From Anaerolineales bacterium (GTDB taxonomy: Bacteria; Chloroflexota; Anaerolineae; Anaerolineales; Villigracilaceae), in assembly GCA_016789025.1 (NCBI GenBank), contig JAEURC010000013.1, positions 94-64,093 on the forward strand: DNA of 64,000 bases. Direction: 5' to 3'. The notes under the pieces were generated by a model. It was not told the DNA's origin and did not search any database. It saw nothing but the letters and a program-made list of their open reading frames with translations. Numbering within the stretch: the stretch's first letter is position 1; every line of letters begins with the position of its first letter. Positions 17,908 to 29,003 of the stretch are shown piece by piece. Position numbers and translations under genes: made by a program.

Positions 17908-18696
17908 TTATTCAAACACTTCCCGGAACGCTTTCACAATTTCCTCTTTCACGCGCTCCATCGAGGGCGGTTCGGGAAATAGATCGGCAAGCGACACGAT
18001 CGGTTCATCTTGCAAACCGCAGGCGATGATGCCGTCCCAATATTCCATGTTCGGATTCACATTTAGCGCAAAGCCGTGACGCGACACACCGCGCGCATCC
18101 ACCTTGACGCCGATCGCGGCGATCTTGGCTGGCTTCTTCCGATCCTCGGGCGAACAGCGCGGACAACGCGAATGTACGTCGGCTTGAATCCACACGCCGG
18201 TGAGGCCGGGGCGTTGTCCCGCTACGAGACCGAGTCGCGCTAGGGCAGTGATGATGACTTTTTCGAGGTTGCGGACGTAGCCGACGTAATCGGCTTGAGG
18301 GATTCTGGATCCAGACCTGTCAGGTCTCAGCAAGTCGAGAGTCGATTCTGACACAGGCGCAGATGCGGCGTCTAGATATTCACGGTTCTCCGAAGACCTG
18401 ACAGGTCTTAATGGAATTAACGGATACCCAACCAACTGACCCGGTCCGTGATAGGTTACGTCGCCGCCGCGATCTACCCAGTGGATGGCGATTCCCTTTT
18501 CTTTGAGTTGCGATTCGCCCCACAATAAATTTTCCTGCTTGCCGCGCCGCCCAAACGTGTACACGTGCGGATGCTCGAGAAGCAAGAGAGTGGGCGCGCG
18601 CTTCCCCTCGGCGATCTCTGCCGCGTATTGGTCTTGCAGTTTCCAGGCAGTTTCGTATTCGATCAAGCCGAGGTCTTCGACAATTAAGGCAGTCAT
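17908..18696 (-). CDS. lipB: Octanoyltransferase LipB carrying an in-frame insert
   Basis: LLLLEHPHVYTFGRRG, DRGGDVTYHGPGQLVGYP, KIAAIGVKV...HGFALNVN blocks. ATG at 18696 (MTALIVEDLG). Confidence 0.85.
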   Translation of the reverse strand: MTALIVEDLGLIEYETAWKLQDQYAAEIAEGKRAPTLLLLEHPHVYTFGRRGKQENLLWGESQLKEKGIAIHWVDRGGDVTYHGPGQLVGYPLIPLRPVRSSENREYLDAASAPVSESTLDLLRPDRSGSRIPQADYVGYVRNLEKVIITALARLGLVAGQRPGLTGVWIQADVHSRCPRCSPEDRKKPAKIAAIGVKVDARGVSRHGFALNVNPNMEYWDGIIACGLQDEPIVSLADLFPEPPSMERVKEEIVKAFREVFE

Positions 18697-18770
18697 AAAA
18701 ATAGAGGCGGGGGACAGCCGGTAAACATGTATAAAAGTAAACCGGTACACTCAAAAGCAGAAACTACGCC

Positions 18771-20177
18771 TTAAGAAAATATTCTCCGATACAGATCGGA
18801 TTCCAACAACCCGTTCGGGTCACACCGTTTCTTAAGCTTCTTGAGTTTCGCGATCGTTTCATCGCCTAAAAACTTGCGCGTGGACTCGGCATTGGTTTCG
18901 CTGTTCTTGGCGAAATAGAATCGCCCGCCCACATCCAGCACGATGCGGTCAAACTCTTGCAACATCGCGGACAATTTCGCGCGATTCGTATCGGTCACTT
19001 TGAAGTCTAGTGCAAGCGAGAAGCCGTTCAAGCTGTGAGTAAGCAAAAATTGATCTGGGCGATGGCGTTTGGTCACACCTAAAAAGGATGGCAGACCGAA
19101 ATGATGCGACAGCCGAATCATCTCGCGCCATGCATCCCCCGCCGTTTCCTCAGGCAAAAACGATTGATGCTGGATCAACCCGCCGCGCCCAAAGGACCGC
19201 TCCCAGTCAGGGACATAATCCAACAGAAAGTGGAACTCATCATACGATTGTCGGAAGGTATGCGCGCGCAACGCCAGTAAATACCTGCCGATGTTAACGA
19301 ACCGCATACCAACATTATTCATCATCGGCTTCATGAAATAGTGCAACACAGATTTCGGCACAACGCCAAAAAAGCGATCGGGTAAATGTTGATTTGCAAG
19401 GTCCTCGGTCTTTTTGGGGTTCGGGTCTTCGCCCTCGTTCAATTGCCGCGCGGCGTGGATCTGCCCGCGCCCCAAACTGTTTCCGCTTGCGAACGCGTCC
19501 AGCCAGCCGACGATGTAATCATGGCTCGGCGCGTGTTCGCGCAGATCGCTTAAGTGTCGGCTAAGGTTCGGCACGGGCCAGGCGTCCACAGCCACAAGTC
19601 CGGAAAAGATGCGTTTCATCTGTAACGTGATGGAGGTAAAGACTCCGAGCATCCCCAACCCGCCGATCATCGCGTAAAACAAATCCGCGTTTTTTTTCGG
19701 CGAGCAAATTATCAACGCGCCTGTGGGCAACATTGCCGTAAATTCGATCACATGTTCACCGATGGGGCCGACTTGAAAATTATTCTTGCCGTGAATATTC
19801 ACAGCGAGACATCCGCCCAATGTTGTTTTCATCGTGCCGGAGACGACGGGGGGCCACCAACCATCGGGCTCGACTCTCTGCCACAGCTGTTCGAGCGTGA
19901 CGCCCGGCTCGCATCTCACCACGCCTGTGGCTGGGTCCCATTCGGCGATCTGATTCATCCCCCGCATGTCCAGCACGATACCGCCGCCGTTGAGCGACAC
20001 ATCGTTGTAACTGATACCCGTGCCGCGCGCAGTCACTTTCAGCCCAAGTTTTTTTGCGAACTGAAACGCCCCATAAATATCTTCTGGCCGTTGGATTGGA
20101 ATTCGATACGATGGTGCTTGGAACGAATGACCGAAATTTTCGAGTTGGGTGAAGGTAGTGTTGAGATTAAGGGACAT
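18771..20177 (-). CDS. FAD-binding oxidase, DprE1-like
   Basis: FAD_binding_4-type N-terminal half (ARGTGISYND, GWWPPVVSGTMKTTLGGCLAVNIHGKN, LFYAMIGGLGMLGV) resembles decaprenylphosphoribose oxidase as I recall it. Confidence 0.65.
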   Translation of the reverse strand: MSLNLNTTFTQLENFGHSFQAPSYRIPIQRPEDIYGAFQFAKKLGLKVTARGTGISYNDVSLNGGGIVLDMRGMNQIAEWDPATGVVRCEPGVTLEQLWQRVEPDGWWPPVVSGTMKTTLGGCLAVNIHGKNNFQVGPIGEHVIEFTAMLPTGALIICSPKKNADLFYAMIGGLGMLGVFTSITLQMKRIFSGLVAVDAWPVPNLSRHLSDLREHAPSHDYIVGWLDAFASGNSLGRGQIHAARQLNEGEDPNPKKTEDLANQHLPDRFFGVVPKSVLHYFMKPMMNNVGMRFVNIGRYLLALRAHTFRQSYDEFHFLLDYVPDWERSFGRGGLIQHQSFLPEETAGDAWREMIRLSHHFGLPSFLGVTKRHRPDQFLLTHSLNGFSLALDFKVTDTNRAKLSAMLQEFDRIVLDVGGRFYFAKNSETNAESTRKFLGDETIAKLKKLKKRCDPNGLLESDLYRRIFS

Positions 20178-20224
20178 TGGAAAATAGGGATTGGAGACTA
20201 GAGATTACTCTCCAGTCTCTGCGC

Positions 20225-21046
20225 TTAGAATGACAATTTTCTAAAAACAAACGACGGCGTATGTTGAATCGCCAGCATGATCCAACGCCAGATGGGCGCG
20301 GCGTAGATGACCTGCTTGCGTTTCTTCATCGCTTTCAAAATATGATCCGCCGCCACTGACGGCTCGATGGCAAACGGAGTTGGTCCCGGTGCCGCTTTGA
20401 GCATTTCGGTTTTCATGAAACCCGGCTTCACCGTCAACACATTCACGCCGTGACGAGTGAGCCTGTTTCGTAACGCTTCAAGATAGGTAGTCAACCCCGC
20501 CTTGGAGGTGTTGTAACCGGGATTCCCGACACGCCCACGATCGCCAGCGACGGATGAAATGCCAACGATCTGTCCCGCCTTTGCAGATTGGAACATTTCA
20601 GCAATTGGCGTCAGCCATGCCATCGCGCCGATCAAATTGACTTCGACCATCTGGCGGTCGCTCGCGAAGTTGTATTTGTCGATTCCTCCCGGTGGTTGGT
20701 TGATACTGGCAACGTAGATCACTGTATCCAAGCCGCCGAGGTTGGCAACGATCTTGAGGAGCAGGCTTGGAACTTCATCGTAATCTGTCACGTTATGCTC
20801 GTATGAATGAGCATCTCCGCCATACGAATTGATTTCATAACAAAGCGCGTCCAGTTTCTCTTTACTTCGGGCGAGCAGGGCAAGAGCATATCCCTCGCGG
20901 GCAAGTTTGTGGGCAAGTTCCGCCCCCAAGCCGGTAGATGCGCCGATGATCAACCCGCGTCGGCGTGGGTTCAATGGGGTGGCTGGGGCAGGCTTCCCCT
21001 GGGTTGACCCGATGGGTGTAAATGATTCAGACACGGTATTCTCCAA
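20225..21046 (-). CDS. Short-chain dehydrogenase/reductase, DprE2-like partner
   Basis: GLIIGASTGLGAELA Rossmann motif and YNTSK catalytic motif. Lies 47 nt upstream of the FAD oxidase on the same strand. Confidence 0.7.
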   Translation of the reverse strand: MENTVSESFTPIGSTQGKPAPATPLNPRRRGLIIGASTGLGAELAHKLAREGYALALLARSKEKLDALCYEINSYGGDAHSYEHNVTDYDEVPSLLLKIVANLGGLDTVIYVASINQPPGGIDKYNFASDRQMVEVNLIGAMAWLTPIAEMFQSAKAGQIVGISSVAGDRGRVGNPGYNTSKAGLTTYLEALRNRLTRHGVNVLTVKPGFMKTEMLKAAPGPTPFAIEPSVAADHILKAMKKRKQVIYAAPIWRWIMLAIQHTPSFVFRKLSF

Positions 21047-21133
21047 GCAGTGTTATATCCATTGTAGCATATCAGCTTGGCCAAGGTTGTAATGGGTGTG
21101 TAATCTCGCCGTCGCACATGCTGGTTATAATTT

Positions 21134-22453
21134 ATGCCGTCATGGTCGAACAGGACAAATGAGTCAGCCCATTGTGCCGAGATCATGATTAAATATGAGT
21201 TCTTGTGTGAGTTTATGGACGATATCCGATCCAAAATTTTAGAAGACGCCTACCAGGCGCTGGAAACTCAGGGCGAATCCCCGATTGCGCGGGAATACCT
21301 GCTCAAACTATTGGACGTGCTTTCCACCGCCTTGGAAAAATATTCGCAAGGCAACCCGGAAGAATCCAAAAACCTGGCATTGCAGTTGATCGATCAGCGC
21401 GCCATGTTGATGATGCTCAAACAACAGACCGATGAGTTGGACGCGCTCAAGAAGTTAAGCATCAACCTGACTTCGAGTCTTGATTTACCCGATGTGCTCG
21501 ATGCCGTTGTAACCGAAGCCATACGCCTCGTGGTGAACGCGCGCGATGTCAATATTTTCCTGTATAAGAACCATAAACTTTCCTTTGGCGCGGCTCTGGA
21601 TTCAGACGGCACGCGCAACAAACCCTGGTCGAAACCCCGCTCGAACGGGTTGACGTATACCGTAGCACGCCACGGGCAAATGATCATCGTGGAAGATGTG
21701 CATTCGCATCCGTTGTTTCAAAATATTCCCCAGGATTGGGCAGGATCGATCATTGGCATCCCATTGAAAGTCGGCGATACGGTAGTAGGTGTAATGAACC
21801 TGGCGCGTTGGAAGACTGGTCGGTTCTCTCCAGCCGAGTTGCGGTTGTTGAGTCTGCTAGCCGATCAGGCGGCGGTTGCCATTTCGAATGCAAGCCTGCA
21901 TCAGATCATCAGTCGCCAGGCATTCAGCGATACCGTCACCGGGCTACCTAACCGCCGCGCGCTTGATGAACGGCTCGAAGATGAAGCATCTGCCGCGCAT
22001 AGAAACAAATACTCCTTCGCCGTCATCATGATGGACCTCGACGGGTTCAAGGAAGTTAACGATACCTATGGGCATGGTATCGGAGATGAGGTATTACGCT
22101 ATGTCTTTAATTTCATGGCGCGCGGCGTTCGCAACACCGATTTTCTGGCGCGCTATGGCGGCGACGAATTGACTCTGATTCTCACCCAATCAGACTTATC
22201 CTCCGCCCGCATCGTAGCTGAAAAGATCGTCGAAAGCATGCAAAAACTCAAGTTCAAATTGCCCGATGGAAAAAACCTCAAACTCGGGATCTCCGGCGGT
22301 ATCGCACTCTATCCTATACACGGACGCACCGGTTCGGACCTGTTACGCGCGGCGGATACAGCGCTCTATCAGGCGAAAAAATATGAACGCGGTTCATTTC
22401 AGATCGCACGCGGGGTTACCGCCCCACTCTCGAAGATCAAACTTCCCGAATAA
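21134..22453 (+). CDS. GAF domain diguanylate cyclase (GGDEL variant of GGDEF)
   Basis: GAF-like middle region. TGLPNRRAL, DLDGFKEVNDTYGH, RNTDFLARYGGDELTLIL (RxxD I-site plus GGDEL). The true start is probably internal (ATG 21185 or 21218), since a TATAAT lies at about 21124. Confidence 0.75.
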   Translation: MPSWSNRTNESAHCAEIMIKYEFLCEFMDDIRSKILEDAYQALETQGESPIAREYLLKLLDVLSTALEKYSQGNPEESKNLALQLIDQRAMLMMLKQQTDELDALKKLSINLTSSLDLPDVLDAVVTEAIRLVVNARDVNIFLYKNHKLSFGAALDSDGTRNKPWSKPRSNGLTYTVARHGQMIIVEDVHSHPLFQNIPQDWAGSIIGIPLKVGDTVVGVMNLARWKTGRFSPAELRLLSLLADQAAVAISNASLHQIISRQAFSDTVTGLPNRRALDERLEDEASAAHRNKYSFAVIMMDLDGFKEVNDTYGHGIGDEVLRYVFNFMARGVRNTDFLARYGGDELTLILTQSDLSSARIVAEKIVESMQKLKFKLPDGKNLKLGISGGIALYPIHGRTGSDLLRAADTALYQAKKYERGSFQIARGVTAPLSKIKLPE

Positions 22454-22521
22454 GCGCCTCTGCCACACAACGGGGGTTATAATCGTCAAATACACGTCAT
22501 TCCAATAACCGAGGAAACTCC

Positions 22522-23439
22522 ATGCCCCCAAAAATCAAAATCATCCTCAACCCCATGGCAGACATGGGAAATGCTTGGCGCGTGGCGCGCGATCTGCGAT
22601 CCATCACCGAACAACACGGCAACGTCACGTGGAGCGGAACCGTCTACCCAGGTCACGCCATCGAGTTGGCGCGTGAAGCATGCGAAGAAGGATATAACCG
22701 AATCATCGCAATGGGCGGAGACGGCACGGTCCATGAAGTGGTGAACGGAATCATGCAAGCCCCTGAAAACAAACGCCCCATTCTCGGCGTTGTGCCTGTC
22801 GGCTCGGGCAACGACTTTGCGCACGGCATCGGCGCGACGAAGCAATCAGACAAAGCCCTGCGCCGCGCACTCGACGGCGAAGCCTCCATGGTAGACCTCG
22901 CATTGATGACGGAGGGTAATGGACGAAAGGAATATTTCGATAACACACTCGGGGTCGGCTTCGGCGCCATGGTCACTATTCGTTCGCATCGCTTGCCCCT
23001 TTTGCGCGGCTTCCTTATGTACCTCGCCTCAGTAATTCAAACGATCGTTATCGATCATAACCCCATCGCCATGCAAATTGAAACCGACACAGAAAAATGG
23101 GAACAGAAAGTCATCTATCTCGTGCTGTGCAACGGTCCGCGCGAGGGCGGCGGCTTCCTCATCGCGCCCGAAGCAAAAATTGACGACGGCATCCTCCACT
23201 ACGCCATGATCACCGACGTGAGCCGCGCCATGATGTTCCGCATCCTGCCCGAGGTGATGAAAGGCACGCACGGAAAATTCAAAGAAGTCAAAATGGGCAC
23301 ATGCAAAAAATTCTCGCTCACCGCAGACCGCCCACTGTACATCCACGCCGACGGCGAAATCTTTTCAGGTCTCGGCACCGACGTTCGCAAAGTAAGTTTT
23401 GAAATTTTGCCCAACGCGTTGAAAGTTGTGCGCGGCTGA
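22522..23439 (+). CDS. Diacylglycerol/lipid kinase family protein (YegS/BmrU-like)
   Basis: IIAMGGDGTVHEVVNG and GSGNDFA motifs. Confidence 0.8.
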   Translation: MPPKIKIILNPMADMGNAWRVARDLRSITEQHGNVTWSGTVYPGHAIELAREACEEGYNRIIAMGGDGTVHEVVNGIMQAPENKRPILGVVPVGSGNDFAHGIGATKQSDKALRRALDGEASMVDLALMTEGNGRKEYFDNTLGVGFGAMVTIRSHRLPLLRGFLMYLASVIQTIVIDHNPIAMQIETDTEKWEQKVIYLVLCNGPREGGGFLIAPEAKIDDGILHYAMITDVSRAMMFRILPEVMKGTHGKFKEVKMGTCKKFSLTADRPLYIHADGEIFSGLGTDVRKVSFEILPNALKVVRG

Positions 23440-23490
23440 TCTACGCAATACGCAATACGCAGTACGCTATAATTCGTACTGCGTATTTTT

Positions 23491-25204
23491 ATGCCCGACC
23501 TCATCCACTCCCTCCTCGACCAAGACATTGGACACCTCCGCATCATCGCGGATCTATGGGGACTCGATTTGGATTCTACGGATTCAGATTCAGCGCGGGA
23601 TGAACTATCCGCTTCTCTCCTCGACTTCAACCTGCTCGCAGACCATCTAGCCTCTCTCCCCCCCGAAACGGACTCCGCTATCGCCGCCCTCATCGCCTCT
23701 AACGGGCGCATCGCGTGGGCGACGTTCACGCGTCAATTCGGCGACATCCGCGAAATGGGCGCAGGCAAACGCGACAGGGAACATCCGCATCGCAACCCGA
23801 TCTCAACCTCCGAGATTCTTTTTTATCGCGGATTATTGGCGCGCGCGTTTTTCGACACAGACAAAGGCTCGCAGGAGTTCGCGTATATTCCTGATGATTT
23901 GCTGGCATTGATTTCACGCCGTAGGGATGGGCAGCTGCCCATCCCTACTATACCGCCCACCTCTACAAAAAACGAATCAGTCGGTCGCCCCGCATCACCC
24001 GCCGAAAAGGGAACGGAGATTCTCGCGGACGATTCTATCCTCGACGATGCCACAACCCTGCTAGCCGCGTTAAGAATGGGCAAACCTCTGGAGTCCGACA
24101 GCTTGCTGTCGGCATTGCGGAAGCAAGCTTCCGCACTCCAGAGTCTGCTCGCCTCCGCAAATCTCATCAAGAAAAACGCAGTCCAAGCCGAAGCCACCAA
24201 AAACTTCCTCGAATCCCCACGCAAAGACGCGTTGAAGTTACTTTACGACTCATGGCTCGCAAGCGACTCGTTCAACGAACTCAAACTCATGCCAAGCATT
24301 ATCTGCGAAGGCGAGTGGAAGAATTCTCCGCTTGACACACGAAGGACGATACTTGGCTTTATCAATGCAATCCCCTCCAACAAATGGTGGAGCGTCGCAA
24401 GTTTCGTCCAAGCGATAAAACAAACACAACCCGACTTCCAACGTCCCGCAGGCGACTACGACTCGTGGTTCATCAAACGCGCCTCCGACGGACAATATCT
24501 GCGCGGATTTGATTCATGGAACGAAGTGGACGGCGCGTTGATTCGGTATTTCATAAACATTCTTCACTGGTTGGGGCGATTGGATTTAGCGGTGGCTGAA
24601 GGAGCGATGGAAGCGACGGCGTTTCGAATCGGGTCGAAGGTCGAAAGTCAAAAGTCTGACTTTCGACTTTCGACCTTCGACGAAAAAGGAAGAATTGGAG
24701 TCGCGTCAAACGGAAAAATTTCCATTCCGCGAGATGTGCCGCGCGTAATACGTTATCAAATTTCAAGATTTTGTGAATGGGATGAATTCGTTGGTCGAGT
24801 AGGGTCGAGTGTTAGCGAAACCCGTATCGAGACCAAAGTTGTCAATTATAAATATCACATCACCGCGCAATCGTTGAAACACGCCAAAGAGCAGGGACTG
24901 AAAGCCGAGCAACTGTTGTCACTGCTGGTGAAGCACACCGATAACAAAGTCCCGCCGCCGCTGGTGAAGGCGCTCAAACGCTGGGAGGCTAATGGTACAG
25001 AGGCTCGGGCTGAGACTCAAACCATCCTACGGGTAAGTCAGCCCGAAGTGTTGGAAGAGATGCGCAAGTCGAAAGCGGGAAAATTTTTGGGCGAGGTATT
25101 AAGTCCGACGGCGGTTGTCGTCAAAGGCGGAGCCATCCAAAAAGTGATGGAAGCGATGGTCGAGTTGGGTTTGTTTGCGGAAATAGAAAATCAAGGAGAA
25201 CATC

Positions 25205-25218
<14 letters not shown>
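23491..25218 (+). CDS. Hypothetical protein with XPB/Ssl2 N-terminal-like (helicase-associated) C-terminal domain
   Basis: C-terminal ...[48 protein letters not shown]... resembles the helicase-associated domain family. No helicase motifs. Two palindromic elements lie in frame. Confidence 0.45.
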
Positions 25219-26382
<1,164 letters not shown>

Positions 26383-26386
<4 letters not shown>

Positions 26387-26431
26387 TCAGTGTGGAAGTG
26401 ATCAGTGATTGGTAATCAGTAATCAGTGAAA
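26383..26431. repeat. Periodic heptamer array (CAGTGAN units)
   Basis: GTGATCA GTGTGGA AGTGATCA GTGATTG GTAATCA GTAATCA GTGAAAC. Overlaps the kbl stop. Confidence 0.75.
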
Positions 26432-26468
26432 CAAGACCTCCGAGCAAAAACTCGGAGGTCTTGTTTAC
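26431..26468. terminator. Hairpin between convergent kbl and FAD-oxidoreductase genes
   Basis: ACAAGACCTCCGAG CAAAAA CTCGGAGGTCTTGT followed by TT. Confidence 0.6.
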
Positions 26469-26480
26469 CCTACAACATGT

Positions 26481-26509
26481 CAACTGTTCACCGCTCACTG
26501 TTCACTTTC
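26481..26509. repeat. Periodic heptamer array, inverted orientation (NTCACTG units)
   Basis: CAACTGTTCACCGCTCACTGTTCACTTTC. Overlaps the last codons of the minus-strand gene. Confidence 0.6.
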
Positions 26510-28001
26510 TTCCTCTCCTCCTCTTCCTCCCCCTCATCATCATCGCTTCGATCCACGCGGCGAGCGGCTCGGGGGGCAGATAGGGTTGCACGTTGAACGA
26601 TTCTTTTCCGCACAACGACAACACGCGGTTCGCGGCTTCGAGTCCCGTCACACAGGCGCGTTCCAAAAAGAAGGATGGGTTTTGCAACCATACCCAATCG
26701 CCCGCGCAGAAAAAATTCTCCCACGGCGTTTCAACTCCAAGATGTGTGCCGCGCGCGCCCAACGCGGGCAATGTGTGAGTCGCGGCGTTGCGTTGCAGGT
26801 GCGGCTTGATGAGATGTCCCTTCAATTCGGGGAACGCGCGATAAAAATCTGTCAGCACATTTGTCAGCAAAACAGCATCGGTTTGCTTCAACACGTCTTC
26901 AGGTCCGTACACATGGACTTCGATACATGCGCCGCCCGCTTCGTCGCTCCACTTGCGATACTCATCATAAATTTTATCGAGCCAGAAAAAGTTGTGCATC
27001 ACAAAGTCGCCGCTGAAGATCCCTGCTTCGGGATGTTGGCGCGGTTGTTTGTTGAACCACAATCGAATCACCGCGTGCCCCAAACCTTTGGGGAAGAAAA
27101 AGCCGTCCACTTGAAAACTGTTGAGGATGATCGAACCAGCCGAAGGTGAGTCTGAAGCGAGGATGACGAAGCGGGATTGAATCGAAGAGGGACCTTCGTC
27201 CGACTCGTAGTGGGTAATCCAGTCATCATCCTTTTCAACACGCTTCACACGCGACTTGAACCTGAGCTCGCCTCCGAGTTGCATTATCTTCGCTGACAAT
27301 TTTTCGCACACGTCGCCGCCGCCGTTGGGAAGATATTCGAAGCGCCACGCGTCGCGCCGCATGACCGTATAAAAACGGAGGAAGGCGAGAAAGCCCGCGA
27401 GCGGAACATCGTCGGGGTTTGTGGACAAGCCGTTGCGCGTGAGACCGAAGAACAACGCGCGGAACGCGGGACCCCAACGCTTGAGCGATTTGCCGAACGT
27501 GAGACCTTCGAGCGGCTGATCTTCAACGAACGGATCAATGCCAATGGACATGAGGAGCGTGCCCCACACATGAAACAGCGACGCCCAATCGCTAGGGCTG
27601 AGCATCCACATAAATTTTGGATGGAACAATAACGTGATGTAATGAAGCGGCGCGGGCAGGATGCTATTACGGATCATCGAGCCGATGTTCGCGCGCCCGA
27701 TAAAGTTGTGATGACGATAGATCCATTGCTCGTCGGTTGCAGGGATGAGTTGATCAATGAGCCCGTGCTTTCGGAGCATGAACTTGAAATTCAAATACGA
27801 CGACCAGATGCCATGCACGCCGTGTTCGTTTGGGAATTTCCACCCGTTGATGTTGATCTCTTCTTTACCCGATAATCTTCCGCCCACGCGTTCGTCGGCT
27901 TCGAGGATCAGCGGCTTGAGTCCGCGTTCGGCAAGATGGAGCGCGGCGGTGAGTCCCGCCACTCCTCCACCGATGATGACTGCGTCGTAATGATCGTCCA
28001 T
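26502..28001 (-). CDS. FAD-dependent oxidoreductase (amine oxidase / phytoene desaturase-like)
   Basis: N-terminal YDAVIIGGGVAGLTAALHLAERGLKPLILEADERVGGR dinucleotide-binding motif. Confidence 0.7.
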   Translation of the reverse strand: MDDHYDAVIIGGGVAGLTAALHLAERGLKPLILEADERVGGRLSGKEEININGWKFPNEHGVHGIWSSYLNFKFMLRKHGLIDQLIPATDEQWIYRHHNFIGRANIGSMIRNSILPAPLHYITLLFHPKFMWMLSPSDWASLFHVWGTLLMSIGIDPFVEDQPLEGLTFGKSLKRWGPAFRALFFGLTRNGLSTNPDDVPLAGFLAFLRFYTVMRRDAWRFEYLPNGGGDVCEKLSAKIMQLGGELRFKSRVKRVEKDDDWITHYESDEGPSSIQSRFVILASDSPSAGSIILNSFQVDGFFFPKGLGHAVIRLWFNKQPRQHPEAGIFSGDFVMHNFFWLDKIYDEYRKWSDEAGGACIEVHVYGPEDVLKQTDAVLLTNVLTDFYRAFPELKGHLIKPHLQRNAATHTLPALGARGTHLGVETPWENFFCAGDWVWLQNPSFFLERACVTGLEAANRVLSLCGKESFNVQPYLPPEPLAAWIEAMMMRGRKRRRGRK

Positions 28002-28064
28002 TGCGGGGATTATATGTGATTTTCATCCATTGCAAACTTGTCGTGATGAAGTATCATTCTGTTT

Positions 28065-29003
28065 ATGCCCCACAAAAAAGCGGAACACAACGACGTGATG
28101 CAAAACCGTGCCTCGTTGACGCGCTTCGCATGGCTATCCATCGGCGCGGCGGTGGCGACCATCGCGCTGAAAACTGTCGCGTATTATCTAACGGGTTCGG
28201 TGGGCTTGCTCTCGGATGCGATGGAGTCGCTTGTGAATCTCGTCGGCGCGGGGATGGCGCTGGGCATGTTGATCATCGCCGCGCGCCCCGCAGACGAGAG
28301 TCACGTGTATGGTCACAGCAAAGCGGAATATTTCGCCAGCGCGACGGAGGGATTGCTCATCCTCGGCGCGGCGGCGGGAATCGTCAGCGCGGCGGTTCAG
28401 CGGTTGTTGAATCCACAGCCGTTGGAGCAATTGGGGCTGGGATTGGGCGTATCTGTTTTGGCGTCGGCGATCAACTTCCTAGTGGCGCGCAGGCTGACCG
28501 TCGAGGGGAAGCGGCGTAAGTCCATCACCCTTGAAGCCGACGCGCAACATCTGATGACCGACGTGTGGACGTCTGTGGGAATCATTAGCGCGGTCGCGAT
28601 TGTCGCGCTCACGGGTTGGACGATCCTCGATCCGTTGATCGCCATTGCGGTGGCGTTGAACATTATTTGGACGGGGTTCCACCTCGTCAGCCGTTCGGTT
28701 GCGGGGTTGATGGACGCGTCTCTGCCGCCCAAAGAATTAGCGTTGATCGAAGGCGTGATGACGAAGTATCGCGCGAAGCACGTGGATTTTCACGCGTTGC
28801 TCACGCGTCAAGCCGCGGCGCGGCAATTTGTTTCAGTACATATGCTTGTGCCCGGCGAGTGGACGGTCCACGACGCGCATCACATCGCGGAGGATTTTGA
28901 GTCGGATATTCGTAACGCGCTCGGCGGCGCGGTGACGGTCTTCACGCATCTCGAACCCGTGGAAGACGAACTCTCGATGGAAGATATGAATTTAGATCGT
29001 TGA
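28065..29003 (+). CDS. Cation diffusion facilitator (CDF) family metal efflux transporter
   Basis: Six TM segments, SVGLLSDAMESLVNLV and HLMTDVWTSVG motifs, and a C-terminal cytoplasmic domain. Confidence 0.85.
   Translation: MPHKKAEHNDVMQNRASLTRFAWLSIGAAVATIALKTVAYYLTGSVGLLSDAMESLVNLVGAGMALGMLIIAARPADESHVYGHSKAEYFASATEGLLILGAAAGIVSAAVQRLLNPQPLEQLGLGLGVSVLASAINFLVARRLTVEGKRRKSITLEADAQHLMTDVWTSVGIISAVAIVALTGWTILDPLIAIAVALNIIWTGFHLVSRSVAGLMDASLPPKELALIEGVMTKYRAKHVDFHALLTRQAAARQFVSVHMLVPGEWTVHDAHHIAEDFESDIRNALGGAVTVFTHLEPVEDELSMEDMNLDR

Noticed and set aside
21134-22453. GGDEL instead of GGDEF as evidence for an inactive, degenerate cyclase
   Set aside because: The catalytic GGDE residues and the RxxD I-site spaced 5 residues upstream are intact. 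Phe to Leu is conservative. There is not enough here to claim loss of activity.
28001-28519. 172-aa + strand ORF overlapping the CDF transporter gene
   Set aside because: It is in a different frame from the CDF ORF, which has clear TM segments and signature motifs. The product is Arg/Gly-rich.
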